Made by a program: the position numbers and the translations under genes. Below are positions 1-9,680 of a stretch of DNA of 64,000 bases, piece after piece. Every line of letters starts with the position of its first letter. Position 1 is the stretch's first letter. Where the stretch lies: the NCBI GenBank assembly GCA_036517735.1, contig DATDUD010000048.1, positions 3,559-67,558 on the forward strand. The letters run 5' to 3'. This stretch comes from Minisyncoccota bacterium (GTDB lineage Bacteria; Patescibacteriota; Minisyncoccia; Phycocordibacterales; Phycocordibacteraceae). Below the pieces are notes generated by a model. The model searched no databases. It was not told the origin of the DNA and saw only the letters and a list, made by a program, of their open reading frames with translations.

Positions 1-1362
1 AACCTCCTTATCAATTGCCTTCACGCGTTCCTTCACTTCCTTTGCGTTCTCACTTCCTTCGTCCTTCTTCATGGCCTCCCTCTCTATCTCAAGCCGGCGT
101 ATTCTCCGGTCGGTTTCCTCAAGCAAAGGGGGCTTGTTCTCAAGCGCGATGCGTAGACCCGAAGCTGCTTCGTCGATGAGATCGACTGCCTTGTCCGGCA
201 GGAACCTGTCGGTGATATAGCGCGATGAAAGCTCAACAGCAGCCACTATGGCGCTGTCGGTGATACGCACACCATGAAAGAGCTCGTACTTGTCGCGAAG
301 TCCGCGGAGAATGGCGATAGCATCCTCGATGGGAGGTTCGTTCACGAAGATCGGTTGGAAGCGGCGAGTAAGCGCACCGTCTTTCTCAATATGCTGTTGG
401 TATTCCTTTATAGTGGTAGCGCCGATCATGCGAATCTCACCGCGGGCAAGCGCAGGTTTCAGCATGTTTGAACCATCCATAGAGCCTTCGGCAGCTCCCG
501 AACCAACAAGCGTATGGAGCTCGTCTACGAAAAGGATGACCTTCCCGTCTGCCTTTTCTACCTCCTTCATCACGTTTTTCATGCGCTCTTCGAACTCTCC
601 ACGGTACTTGGTACCAGCGATCATCATGCCGAGATCAAGCGAAAGAAGTTCCTTGCCTTTCAAGGATTCCGGAACGTCTCCTACAGCAAGACGCTGCGCA
701 AGTCCCTCTGCAATGGCTGTCTTTCCGACACCGGCTTCTCCGATGAGAACCGGATTGTTCTTCGTGCGTCGTGAAAGTATCTGTATGACGCGGTTGATCT
801 CCTGGTCGCGTCCGATGACCGGATCAAGGGCGTTGTCATGAGCAAGTTTGGTAAGATTCCGGGCGAACTTCGCAAGCGCACGGAAGCGCTTTGGCTCTCC
901 CGCGCTTCCTTCGCGGGAATTCTTGAGCTCCTTGATGACTTGAACAACCATGTCGCGTTCGATGCGGAAGCGCGAGAGCGCGTCTTCGGCGGGTCCAGGA
1001 TGCTCGAGTACGGCTATGAAAAGATGCTCTGTTCCGATAAAGGAATCATTCATTCCTGCGGCTACTTTGCCTGCCGCATCCAGCACTTCGGCAAGCTCGG
1101 GAGTGATGTACAGGTTGTATGAAGGAGAGAGGACCGAAGAGGAGTCCGGCGTCTCGAGAGCCTCAAGAAGCGTGTCAGCAAGAAGGATAGCGTCCACATC
1201 CATGCGATCAAGTACAGAGAATACGAGGCTCTCCTCCTGGTGGACGAGGGCCGTAAGGAGGTGGAGCGGGGAAACATGGTTCTGCCCGCGCTCTATAGCA
1301 AGCTCATGAGCCCGTTTTATGGCTTCTTTTGCTTTGGTTGTGAAATTCTTAAATGGCGGCAT
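1..1362 (-). CDS. clpB: ClpB/ClpC-family AAA+ chaperone, N-terminal part (runs off window)
   Basis: Manual minus-strand translation: [30 protein letters not shown]..., GEPGVGKT Walker [33 protein letters not shown]. Absent from the ORF track because no stop lies in the window. Confidence 0.9.
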   Translation of the reverse strand, partial: MPPFKNFTTKAKEAIKRAHELAIERGQNHVSPLHLLTALVHQEESLVFSVLDRMDVDAILLADTLLEALETPDSSSVLSPSYNLYITPELAEVLDAAGKVAAGMNDSFIGTEHLFIAVLEHPGPAEDALSRFRIERDMVVQVIKELKNSREGSAGEPKRFRALAKFARNLTKLAHDNALDPVIGRDQEINRVIQILSRRTKNNPVLIGEAGVGKTAIAEGLAQRLAVGDVPESLKGKELLSLDLGMMIAGTKYRGEFEERMKNVMKEVEKADGKVILFVDELHTLVGSGAAEGSMDGSNMLKPALARGEIRMIGATTIKEYQQHIEKDGALTRRFQPIFVNEPPIEDAIAILRGLRDKYELFHGVRITDSAIVAAVELSSRYITDRFLPDKAVDLIDEAASGLRIALENKPPLLEETDRRIRRLEIEREAMKKDEGSENAKEVKERVKAIDKEV

Positions 1363-1382
1363 GTATATATACGGTACGCAAA

Positions 1383-2129
1383 TTACGACGTAGTCGCAAG
1401 CAGAGCAGTAATCAAGTCGGTGGGAATGAAAAGTCCGGGCGTTGCTCCCTGTATACCGATGACCGATCCTGAGAGGTTCACGGCAGCAGCACCAGCAGGG
1501 ATCTCCGTGAGGCTCATCCACACGCCGGCAGCATCGATCTTGCTCACTATTCCGGTCAGAGCCGCGCTGTCGCGGGTTATGGCTATCGCAGTCTGACCAG
1601 CCTTGAGTTCTGCAGCAGGTATCAGATTGGAGTCAGGCACGTCAGGCAACTCTGCCGTATCCGAGAAGCCATATACCGCCACTCCCTCCCCTTGCTTTGA
1701 GAGGGACGCCTCTGCTGACTGGCCGTTCGCGAATACGATGGTTGCCTCACGCGGGAGGGTTGCAGCTCCGGTCACGGTCGCAACGGCACGGGACTTCGGA
1801 AGGTATACGCCATACGCGATTGCCTCCGATGTCGCGGCTCCTCGATGGATGAGCACCGTGCGGTTCACGCTCGCGCTTATGGCGGTAGTGAGGAGCTGCT
1901 CGCCGGAAGGCGCTTGAGGCGTAGGCTTCACAGCAGTGGTCGCCACCTGCACTGGAGTTGATATAGTCTCAACCGTGCGTTCGACGATACGATTTACGGT
2001 CTGGGTGACATTAGCCGGTGCCTGATCGAGCATGGCCACGGTAAGGATGCCGGTAGCGATTGAGATCACGAAGTTAACCAGGACGGTCAGAAGAAGGAGC
2101 TGGGCTTTTGAGAGGTCCTCTATATCCAT
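1383..2129 (-). CDS. Membrane-anchored trypsin/HtrA-like protein, apparently catalytically degenerate
   Basis: N-terminal TM helix; C-terminal [15 protein letters not shown] resembles GNSGGPLVNLxGEVIGI without the Ser. Start placed at ATG 2129, 6 nt after TATAAT. Confidence 0.55.
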   Translation of the reverse strand: MDIEDLSKAQLLLLTVLVNFVISIATGILTVAMLDQAPANVTQTVNRIVERTVETISTPVQVATTAVKPTPQAPSGEQLLTTAISASVNRTVLIHRGAATSEAIAYGVYLPKSRAVATVTGAATLPREATIVFANGQSAEASLSKQGEGVAVYGFSDTAELPDVPDSNLIPAAELKAGQTAIAITRDSAALTGIVSKIDAAGVWMSLTEIPAGAAAVNLSGSVIGIQGATPGLFIPTDLITALLATTS

Positions 2130-2136
2130 GTCCTGA

Positions 2137-3303
2137 TTATACCGAAGAGGCATCAAGGAAGCGAATGACGCGTATGAGCGCACTAGCGAAGCTCTTGAGA
2201 TCCTTTACGGAGGTCTTTGGTCCCCACGAGACCCGCAAGGTCGAGGACGCGCGGGATATGTCGTTCGTAAGCGCGAGGACTGCGCGGGAACCATGCTCGG
2301 AATCAGTCTCGCAAGCGCTTTTGGTCGCAACAGCAAACCCCTCTTTATCAAGAAGCATAACGGCGTAGTCGGTGTCGCGTCCAGGGAACGAAAGATTGAG
2401 TATGTGAGGGACCCCCTCCTTTCCTTGGTTTATGAGTAAGTCGGGGAGGGCTTGTGAAAGGGTATTGATAAGTGAAGTGCGCATACGTTCCGCATCCCTT
2501 CTGAACGCATCCCTTGTTCCTTCACTCTCTTGAAGGGCCTTGGCGAAGGCGCGGATAAGGGGAACAGCCTCAGTGCCTGGACGCATTCCTCCTTCTTGGC
2601 CTCCACCGTGGAGAATTGGAGTAAGCTTGACGCGCGAACGCATGCATAATGCTCCTATGCCTCGTACTCCTCCGACCTTCTGCGCATCGAGAGTGAGGAG
2701 ATCGGCTGAAAGACGGGTGAGGCTGAAAGGCATAGTAGGCGGTGCCTGGCTTGCATCTACATGAAGAAACGCCCTACTTTTTTCTTTCATTAGGGCATTC
2801 TTTACTCCACGCGTATCCCAACGGGTTCCGGTCTCGCTGCATACTGCGTCAACTGTGACGAGACGAGTCTCCGGACGAATCTGCGTCTTGAGATGAACTA
2901 GGTCGATTCGTCCGTCGGTAATACGGAGAGGCTCGACTTCAACTTCCCATCTTCCTAAAGCACGCAGCGATTCAATAACGGAGGCATGTGCGCTTGGAAG
3001 ATACAGAACGTGCGGGCGTTGCTCGCTCTCCTTTGCTTTCATCACTACTCCCAGGAGTGCAAGACTGTTCGCCTCAGTCGCTCCCGATGTGAACACGACT
3101 CCTGATGGTTTGACCTCTGCAAGACGCGCAATAGTTGTACGCGCTTCTTCTAGAAGCTGCTTTGCGCGTACCCCTTCCTCGTGCGGGGACGACGGGTTGC
3201 CGTAGACCTTCAGTGCTCCGTTCAAGGCGCTTTGTGCGGCTTTTGATACCGGAGCTCCTGATGCCCAATCGAGATATACGCGCTTCTTCGTAAAAGGGAA
3301 CAT
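2137..3303 (-). CDS. iscS: Cysteine desulfurase (IscS/NifS family)
   Basis: [47 protein letters not shown] motifs. Confidence 0.9.
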   Translation of the reverse strand: MFPFTKKRVYLDWASGAPVSKAAQSALNGALKVYGNPSSPHEEGVRAKQLLEEARTTIARLAEVKPSGVVFTSGATEANSLALLGVVMKAKESEQRPHVLYLPSAHASVIESLRALGRWEVEVEPLRITDGRIDLVHLKTQIRPETRLVTVDAVCSETGTRWDTRGVKNALMKEKSRAFLHVDASQAPPTMPFSLTRLSADLLTLDAQKVGGVRGIGALCMRSRVKLTPILHGGGQEGGMRPGTEAVPLIRAFAKALQESEGTRDAFRRDAERMRTSLINTLSQALPDLLINQGKEGVPHILNLSFPGRDTDYAVMLLDKEGFAVATKSACETDSEHGSRAVLALTNDISRASSTLRVSWGPKTSVKDLKSFASALIRVIRFLDASSV

Positions 3304-3385
3304 ATGTATACAGTGCTTCCCTCGCCTTCATTTCGCAAGCCACTTCATGGCGGAAAAGCCCGAGATGTGGTAGTAAAAGCCGTAT

Positions 3386-4864
3386 ATGGCACGAACTCCA
3401 CGTCCACCCATCGTTGCCGTTATGGGTCACATCGACCACGGCAAGTCATCCCTTCTCGACTACATCCGCAAGTCGAATGTCGTTGAGGGCGAGGCAGGCG
3501 GCATCACCCAGCACGTTTCGGCGTACGAGGCGGTGCATGAGCACGAGGGAAAAGAGCGACGAATCACCTTCCTCGACACTCCGGGACACGAGGCCTTCAG
3601 AGCACTTCGTGCACGGGGTGCTCAAGCTGCCGATATCGCTATTCTTGTCATTGCTGCAGAAGAAGGCGTGAAGCCTCAGACGCTCGAGGCATACCAGGCC
3701 ATAGAGGAGGCGGGCACGCCGCTCGTCATTGCGTTTACAAAGATCGATAAGAATAGTGCCGACATAGAGAAAGCCAAGATGTCCACCGTTGAGAACGGCA
3801 TATATCTCGAGGGCCTAGGGGGTTCAATTCCTTTTGCAGGAGTCTCTTCAAAGACCGGCGAAGGAGTTCCTGAACTTCTTGATCTCGTACTTCTCACCGC
3901 AGACCTTGCGGAACTGGCGGCCGACCAGGACGGTCCTGCTGAGGGCTTTATCCTTGAGTCCTCGCAAGACGCAAAGCGAGGCATGACGGCGACGCTCATT
4001 ATTAAAGAAGGGACACTTAAAACAGGTTCCTTCGTTGTCGCAGGCCGTGCAATGGCACCCGTACGTTTTATTGAGGACTTCGCCAACAAGCGGATTCCCG
4101 AGGCGCATCCCTCTCAGCCAGTTTCGGTTTCTGGATTCTCCTCCCTTCCTCCTGCGGGAACGCCATTCAAAATGGTTCCAACCAAGAAGGATGCGGAGAA
4201 ACTTGTGAGTGAGGGTGGGCAGATTCGGGAAGCGGATGCTGCAATCGAGGTAGTAGAAGGAGTGGCCGTACTCCCGCTCATACTCAAGGCTGACGTTACC
4301 GGCAGCATCGAGGCTATCAAGCACGAGCTTGCGAAGATTTCACATGAACGTGTCACCATCCGTATTCTTTCAGAAGGTGTGGGCACGATCGGCGAGAACG
4401 ATGTGAAGACGGCGCAGACCGGAGACGCAGTTATCATCGGTTTTAACGTGTCGACCGACTCGCAGGCGCGCGACTATGCGGAGCGCACAGGCGTTCTCAT
4501 TGAATCCTTTTCCATAATCTACGAACTGGCCGAGCGGGTACGCGTTCTTGTTACGGAGCGTGCTCCACACATCATGGTCGAAGAGATCATGGGCGAAGCA
4601 AAGGTGCTGAAGTCCTTCAGTGTTGCTGGAAACAAGCATGTTCTCGGCGCCAAATGGGTCTCAGGAGAGTTATCAGTCGGGGACCAGGTAAAGACCGACA
4701 GGCGAGGCATACCCATAGGTCAGGGCCGTCTCACGAACCTGCAGGTCGCGCGTATGGATGTGCAGGTGATCAAGGGCGAGGGAGAGTTCGGACTTCAGGT
4801 TGAGTCAAAGGCGGATATCGCTCAAGGGGATACGTTGTTCGCGTTCAGGACTGTTGAAAAATGA
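3386..4864 (+). CDS. infB: Translation initiation factor IF-2 (short form)
   Basis: RPPIVAVMGHIDHGKSS, GGITQH, DTPGHEAF, LKADVTGS. Confidence 0.97.
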   Translation: MARTPRPPIVAVMGHIDHGKSSLLDYIRKSNVVEGEAGGITQHVSAYEAVHEHEGKERRITFLDTPGHEAFRALRARGAQAADIAILVIAAEEGVKPQTLEAYQAIEEAGTPLVIAFTKIDKNSADIEKAKMSTVENGIYLEGLGGSIPFAGVSSKTGEGVPELLDLVLLTADLAELAADQDGPAEGFILESSQDAKRGMTATLIIKEGTLKTGSFVVAGRAMAPVRFIEDFANKRIPEAHPSQPVSVSGFSSLPPAGTPFKMVPTKKDAEKLVSEGGQIREADAAIEVVEGVAVLPLILKADVTGSIEAIKHELAKISHERVTIRILSEGVGTIGENDVKTAQTGDAVIIGFNVSTDSQARDYAERTGVLIESFSIIYELAERVRVLVTERAPHIMVEEIMGEAKVLKSFSVAGNKHVLGAKWVSGELSVGDQVKTDRRGIPIGQGRLTNLQVARMDVQVIKGEGEFGLQVESKADIAQGDTLFAFRTVEK

Positions 4865-5184
4865 GCATCAAGGACGAGCGCGAGGAGCACATACTGACCC
4901 ATCTAGCTGCTCGCTATATTGCTCGCGAAGCCGGTCGCGACACTCTTATAACGCCGACACGAACGGAGCTTTCAAAGAATCGGAAGAACGTCACTATTTT
5001 CGTGAGCGTGTATCCCAATGAGCAGACTGAACATGCGCTAGCCTTTCTTGCGAGGCATAAGGACCTGTTTCGAGAGGACCTGAAGAAAACCTCACGTCTG
5101 GCCGTCCTCCCCTACATCAAGTTCGAGCTTGATTATGGTGAACGCAACAGACAGCGCTTAGACGAGCTCTCGCGCGAAATGTAG
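4861..5184 (+). CDS. rbfA: Ribosome-binding factor A
   Basis: 107 aa directly after infB; C-terminal PYIKFELD..RLDEL pattern. Confidence 0.8.
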   Translation: MSIKDEREEHILTHLAARYIAREAGRDTLITPTRTELSKNRKNVTIFVSVYPNEQTEHALAFLARHKDLFREDLKKTSRLAVLPYIKFELDYGERNRQRLDELSREM

Positions 5185-5206
5185 CTTCGCGCTATATTCC
5201 AGATAC

Positions 5207-5281
5207 GGCCCAGTGGCGAAGAAGAAACGCGGCGGATTGCAAACCCGCTATGCACGGATGCGATTTCCGTCTGGGCCTCCA
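5207..5281 (+). tRNA. tRNA-Cys(GCA), non-canonical D and T loops
   Basis: GGCCCAG/CTGGGCC acceptor stem, GCGG-ATTGCAAAC-CCGC anticodon arm, encoded CCA. Confidence 0.85.
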
Positions 5282-5282
5282 G

Positions 5283-5367
5283 GCCGGGGTGGTGAAATTG
5301 GTTAGACACGAAGGTCTTAAACACCTTTGACAGCAATGTCGTGTGGGTTCGAGTCCCACCCCCGGCA
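5283..5367 (+). tRNA. tRNA-Leu(TAA)
   Basis: GCCGGGG/CCCCGGC acceptor, AAGGT-CTTAAAC-ACCTT anticodon arm, long variable arm, GGTTCGAGTCC. Confidence 0.93.
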
Positions 5368-5457
5368 CAAATAGGTTGAATAATCTTTTGCTATCTACTA
5401 CTATTCGTAATGCGCCGTCCTTGTGGGACGGCATGCATATTCTATCGGTTCTTGCGT

Positions 5458-5530
5458 CCGCCCATAGCTCAGTTGGTAGAGCAACTCCCTCTTAAGGAGA
5501 TGGTCGTAGGTTCGAGTCCTACTGGGCGGA
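5458..5530 (+). tRNA. tRNA-Lys(CTT)
   Basis: CCGCCCA/TGGGCGG acceptor, AGCTCAGTTGGTAGAGC D arm, CTCTTAA loop. Confidence 0.95.
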
Positions 5531-5543
5531 CGCAGCAACGGAT

Positions 5544-5624
5544 GCTGGGGTGGCGAAATGGTAGCCGCGCCTGCCTTAGGAGCAGGTCCCTTCGGGGGTG
5601 GAGGTTCGAGTCCTCTCCCCAGCA
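5544..5624 (+). tRNA. tRNA-Leu(TAG)
   Basis: GCTGGGG/CCCCAGC acceptor, CCTGC-CTTAGGA-GCAGG, variable arm. Confidence 0.95.
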
Positions 5625-5628
5625 CAAC

Positions 5629-5658
5629 TTGACTTTTGTGGGCTTTTTGGTATATAAT
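5629..5658 (+). promoter_or_regulatory. Sigma70-like promoter for the SPFH gene
   Basis: TTGACT-18nt-TATAAT. Confidence 0.6.
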
Positions 5659-5740
5659 ATTCAACGGAAATACTGATCTTCGGCAATTCCGCCGAGCTTA
5701 AATCTCGGCATTACGGCCGACCACATTCAGGAGACTTACC

Positions 5741-6991
5741 ATGCCTACAGGCTTGCTGCTTGGCTCAGCTTCGCTTTTGGCTCTTGCTGTAGCGGCGCCT
5801 TTCTTGGCGTCGCCGATTGCAAAGACCGACGTCCTGCTTACGGAGGTTCCGGAAGGAACCGTGAAGTTCGTGATGACAGGCGACTCCCTAAACCACATCT
5901 TGATGTCGTATAAAGGACGGCACCTGAACGATCCGCAAGATCGTACAATCTTCGACCCTTCCATTCCCGAGTGGGAAGTGATCTCGCACGGTCAGAATCG
6001 CGATAAGGAGTTCGACAAGCGATTCCTGCTCTTCCGCATGACCGGCACGTACTGGGTGGGCATTCCTCCTTGGCGTTCGGTCAAGAAGTACCATTTCCGC
6101 TGGAACGAACGGCGGATTGGCAAGGGCGGTCAGGAAGAAGTTTGGTCGCGCCCCGATCGCGAGTACGGCGATCCCGAACATACGAACATCATGTACGTAT
6201 CCTCGTTCCCGTATGAGTTCATACTCGACGGTGCCGAGACCGAGGACGGATTTCCGACCAGAGTCTGGTGCCAGGTCGTGTTGCGGGTCACGAATCCGTA
6301 CAAGGCCATGTTCGACACCGAGAATTGGCTTCAAGTCGTGTCCGCGGCGGTCAATGGAATCGTGAAGGACTACGTCGGCCACGAGACCTTCGACAACCTT
6401 CGAAGCGAGCTAAAAAAGGGCGAAGAAGGTCAAACATCGGCCGACTCGCATGCCTTCTCAAAACAGGTGTGCGAGCTCACCCACGGCCTTCCCGACGACC
6501 CTGTAGGGGAAGTGGATAAGTATAAGAAGGGGTTGTTGGGACGCTTCGGCGTCACGCTCGACTTCGCGACCATCCAGGATATCGCACCTGGAGGTATGCA
6601 CGCCGGCGAGTACGAAAAGGCCTTGGCGCAGGGCTTCCTTGCGGACAAAGAAGCTGAGGCTATTGCCAAGAGAGGCAGGGCTAACGCAGGCGCCGAACTC
6701 GATATGGGCAGGGCAAGGGCTAAGTCCGAAGCCTTGATGGGTACGGCCCAAGCTTGGGCCTTGAGAAGCAGGCTTCGTGTGCTTAAGGATGCCGGCAAGC
6801 TCGGTGAGCTTCTCGTGCAAACCGATGCCATGAAGGCTGACGGTCCCGGCAAGACGATTGTGTGGGCCAATAACCCATTCCTCCGTCAGGCTGGTATTAC
6901 CGAAAACATTCTCGAGGCGGCGAACATCAAGACGCCGGAGGACCTGGAAAGGTTCATTCGGGAGATGATGAAAAAGGAGGAAGTCGCATGA
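5741..6991 (+). CDS. SPFH/band-7 domain membrane protein
   Basis: N-terminal TM, RVTNPYKAMF, FGVTLDFATIQDI, Ala-rich coiled coil; AGGAG RBS. Confidence 0.7.
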   Translation: MPTGLLLGSASLLALAVAAPFLASPIAKTDVLLTEVPEGTVKFVMTGDSLNHILMSYKGRHLNDPQDRTIFDPSIPEWEVISHGQNRDKEFDKRFLLFRMTGTYWVGIPPWRSVKKYHFRWNERRIGKGGQEEVWSRPDREYGDPEHTNIMYVSSFPYEFILDGAETEDGFPTRVWCQVVLRVTNPYKAMFDTENWLQVVSAAVNGIVKDYVGHETFDNLRSELKKGEEGQTSADSHAFSKQVCELTHGLPDDPVGEVDKYKKGLLGRFGVTLDFATIQDIAPGGMHAGEYEKALAQGFLADKEAEAIAKRGRANAGAELDMGRARAKSEALMGTAQAWALRSRLRVLKDAGKLGELLVQTDAMKADGPGKTIVWANNPFLRQAGITENILEAANIKTPEDLERFIREMMKKEEVA

Positions 6992-7611
6992 TTGCCACAG
7001 CAAGGCGCAAGCGAAACCTCATCTACCTCGCCCTAGCCGGACTGCTGGGCATTGCGTACTGGCAGTATCCGGAGACAACGACGAAAATCGCAGACAGGGC
7101 GGGTTACGCAATAGCTGCAGTTTTCATTCTTCTTCTTATTGGGGGTATTGCTCTGGCTCTCACCCTCGGAAAGAAGGAGACTAAAAGTCACTCGCCAACT
7201 CCGGCAAGTCACTCCGTTCCCGCCACACCAAGCACAAGCAGGGGGGGCTCGCGGCGTGGCGGAGGGGCTGTGCTGACGCTGGCACTTGTTGCTGTCGTTC
7301 TCGCAGTTCTCATCTGGGGCTTCCCTGACTGGAGCGATTCCGTCAGTGAACGGCCCCAGCAAGCCTTAGCGGCCGACTACGCTGCGCCGCAGCCGCTACC
7401 GATTGCAGAGTCCGGGAGAATGCCTTCGAAGGAAAGCGGGGAATACTCGCCTCCCTTCGAGCAGGAACCGGGATACGACAACTGCATTGACGTGCCGTTC
7501 GAAGGTTTTCGGAGGCGTGTCAGCGGTGGCCAGGAACGCTATCAGAGCACGGGCGAAGCTCGTGACTTCACGGTGTACTGGTATCCGGACGGCAAGTGTG
7601 CGCAACACTGA
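6988..7611 (+). CDS. Hypothetical membrane protein (3 TM)
   Basis: ATGA overlap with the SPFH gene; hydrophobic segments. Confidence 0.65.
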   Translation: MIATARRKRNLIYLALAGLLGIAYWQYPETTTKIADRAGYAIAAVFILLLIGGIALALTLGKKETKSHSPTPASHSVPATPSTSRGGSRRGGGAVLTLALVAVVLAVLIWGFPDWSDSVSERPQQALAADYAAPQPLPIAESGRMPSKESGEYSPPFEQEPGYDNCIDVPFEGFRRRVSGGQERYQSTGEARDFTVYWYPDGKCAQH

Positions 7612-7617
7612 TCCTCG

Positions 7618-7658
7618 AGGGGTCCGAGTCCAGCGATGGATTCGGGCCCCTTCTTTTT
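7618..7658 (+). terminator. Intrinsic terminator
   Basis: GGGGTCCGAGTCC..GGATTCGGGCCCC followed by TTCTTTTT. Confidence 0.7.
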
Positions 7659-7926
7659 ATGTAGCGATATTTGTAATGATCCGCACGAGGATGCTTGCAC
7701 CAAATACAATCACAAGCCCGAGAATCCCCCACAGCATGTGCTGCCTTCCCACGCGCCGTTTCTCCTCGTCCCCAGCTCCCTGGATGAATTCAATGACCCC
7801 CCACGCAAATACCAGAAATGCCGCAACCGCAACAAGGGCGATAATTGGTTCAAGGATCTGATCCTCGATCTTCGTAATAAAGGAGTCGAACTCCTCAAGT
7901 CCTTCGGGGTTCTCGTTGCCTTTCAT
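7657..7926 (-). CDS. VirB2/TrbC-like pilin (CPR-type)
   Basis: Two TM helices joined by GDEEKRRVGRQHMLWGILG. Confidence 0.75.
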   Translation of the reverse strand: MKGNENPEGLEEFDSFITKIEDQILEPIIALVAVAAFLVFAWGVIEFIQGAGDEEKRRVGRQHMLWGILGLVIVFGASILVRIITNIAT

Positions 7927-7940
7927 ATTTCAATAGTAGC

Positions 7941-7970
7941 AGAAAGCCGCACCTTGAGGTGCGGCTTTCT
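7941..7970. terminator. Hairpin/terminator between pilin genes
   Basis: AGAAAGCCGCACC-TTGA-GGTGCGGCTTTCT. Confidence 0.7.
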
Positions 7971-7982
7971 AGTGGAGAAAGG

Positions 7983-8351
7983 CTAGCGGACTTCGACCGC
8001 CTGCGGAAGGTCGCTCGGTCCCTCGTTGTCGAGGTTCACTGAACCGACGAGAATATTCACGAGTCCCCAAACTGATATCATAATGAAGAAGCCGAGGATG
8101 CCCCAGAGCATGAGCTGCTTGCCGCTCTTACGCTTCTCCTCATCGTGGCCTCCTGCGATGAAGTAGAGGAAGATACCCCAAATGAAAACTATAAAGGCGA
8201 GGGCAAAGATGACAGGTACCGCAACGTCCGAGATGATATTGGTCACGAAGCTGCCAGCGTCCTGAACGCTGTCAACGCGCTGTTGAGCAAATACAGGAAG
8301 CGCCACGAGGGTAAGCGCAAGTGCGAGGGCGGAATAAACGAGCTTTTTCAT
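7983..8351 (-). CDS. VirB2/TrbC-like pilin
   Basis: Signal peptide (..VFA), DEEKRKSGKQLMLWGILG..SVWGLV. Confidence 0.8.
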   Translation of the reverse strand: MKKLVYSALALALTLVALPVFAQQRVDSVQDAGSFVTNIISDVAVPVIFALAFIVFIWGIFLYFIAGGHDEEKRKSGKQLMLWGILGFFIMISVWGLVNILVGSVNLDNEGPSDLPQAVEVR

Positions 8352-8440
8352 AGATATATGGTTTGGGTCAATGGTTACTCGTTAAGCATAAACCGGAACG
8401 GCAGGCCGTCAATACGGCCGAGTTCCTAGTGGGGACATCT

Positions 8441-8827
8441 TTAATAGATGGCTGGTAGTCCGTCTCCCCTATTTGGTTCGCTATCGCAGTCATTGCCGCT
8501 AAAGCATGGGAGCGGAGGACGCGTCTGATTTTCAAGTCCTGGAACGGTACGGATAAGAATATTCACAAGCCCCCAAACAGAGATCATGACCGCAAAGGCG
8601 ATGACTGCCCAGAGAATGAATTGCTTACCTTTTTGTCGACTCTCCTCTGCATCCGAACCAAGGCTGAAGAAGTATTTGAACACCCCGAAAAGGAATAGTA
8701 GGAATGCCAGTGCGAATATGAGAGGAACCAGTGACGAGTTAATAAGGGAAATGAACCAGTCGACTATGCCGCGAGCCGAGTCTGTTTCGGCCGCAGTCTG
8801 TGCGTATGCGATGTGTATGAGATTCAT
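8441..8827 (-). CDS. VirB2/TrbC-like pilin
   Basis: IHIAYAQ leader, EESRQKGKQFILWAVI..SVWGLV. Confidence 0.8.
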   Translation of the reverse strand: MNLIHIAYAQTAAETDSARGIVDWFISLINSSLVPLIFALAFLLFLFGVFKYFFSLGSDAEESRQKGKQFILWAVIAFAVMISVWGLVNILIRTVPGLENQTRPPLPCFSGNDCDSEPNRGDGLPAIY

Positions 8828-8865
8828 GTAGTAAGCGTATCAGGACAGAATCTTGATACAAGGAG

Positions 8866-9201
8866 TTATGCCCAGGACTCAAGTATGCCCAAGAATATTC
8901 GGATAATGCCCCAAATAGCGAAAAGAACCACAAGCGAAATGATGCCCCAAAGCATAAGCTGCCTCCCTTTCTGCCGATTCTCTTCGGCATTTGCCCCGCT
9001 CCCGAAGAAATAGCGGAAAACACCGAATAGGAAGACTGCAAAAGCGACAACGTATAGGAGATAAATCAATTGGTCGCCAATGCCTAGTAATTGGCCTTCG
9101 ACAATCTCCTTGAACGTGGGTGTAGCTGCTGAAGTTAAAAGAGGCGCAGCAGCAACAGTTGCTACGAGGCCCCATGCCGCTCTACGTGCAAAACGGATCA
9201 T
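8866..9201 (-). CDS. VirB2/TrbC-like pilin
   Basis: EENRQKGRQLMLWGII..AIWGII. Confidence 0.8.
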   Translation of the reverse strand: MIRFARRAAWGLVATVAAAPLLTSAATPTFKEIVEGQLLGIGDQLIYLLYVVAFAVFLFGVFRYFFGSGANAEENRQKGRQLMLWGIISLVVLFAIWGIIRIFLGILESWA

Positions 9202-9680
9202 AAGGTATCCGCTGTTGACTGTATAACGCGTGCGATACCCTCGGCACCAAGAAGAATGAGTCCTCCGATAACTGTCCAGAAGAATGCAGTGCGTGCTGTA
9301 CGCAGTTTTTCTTCACTACCCCGCGCCGCAACGAAGAGGAACCCGACCCAGACGAACATAAGGATAAGGATAATAGTTCCGATACGTACCGCCGCCTTTA
9401 GCACCAAGCTGAGAAGATCTTCCAGTGAGTCTGCCTTGAGGGGATTCACGAGGGTCTCCCCGGATGCCTGTCCGTTGGGACCTGTAAGAGTTTCGGGAGG
9501 AGTCTGGCAAGTCCCCTGTTGTCCGTCCTTAGGAACAACACAAACCTTTTCTCCAGTACAAACCGTAGCTGCGTTTGCGCGAGTGCAGGACTGTGCGGCT
9601 GCAATACTAAATACGCTCAGAAATATCAAAGTCGAAAGAACAGAAGCCGTAAGGAGATGTCTGAAGGAGAAAATGCTCAT
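9198..9680 (-). CDS. VirB2/TrbC-like pilin with Cys-rich N-terminal insert
   Basis: LVNPL..GFLFVAARGSEEKLRTARTAFFWTVIG; four Cys before the pilin core. Confidence 0.75.
   Translation of the reverse strand: MSIFSFRHLLTASVLSTLIFLSVFSIAAAQSCTRANAATVCTGEKVCVVPKDGQQGTCQTPPETLTGPNGQASGETLVNPLKADSLEDLLSLVLKAAVRIGTIILILMFVWVGFLFVAARGSEEKLRTARTAFFWTVIGGLILLGAEGIARVIQSTADTL

Noticed and set aside
274-1309. Plus-strand ORFs over clpB, and similar shadow ORFs over gyrA, ftsA, ftsZ, valS and dnaB
   Set aside because: Antisense or alternate-frame artefacts of genes with clear motifs.
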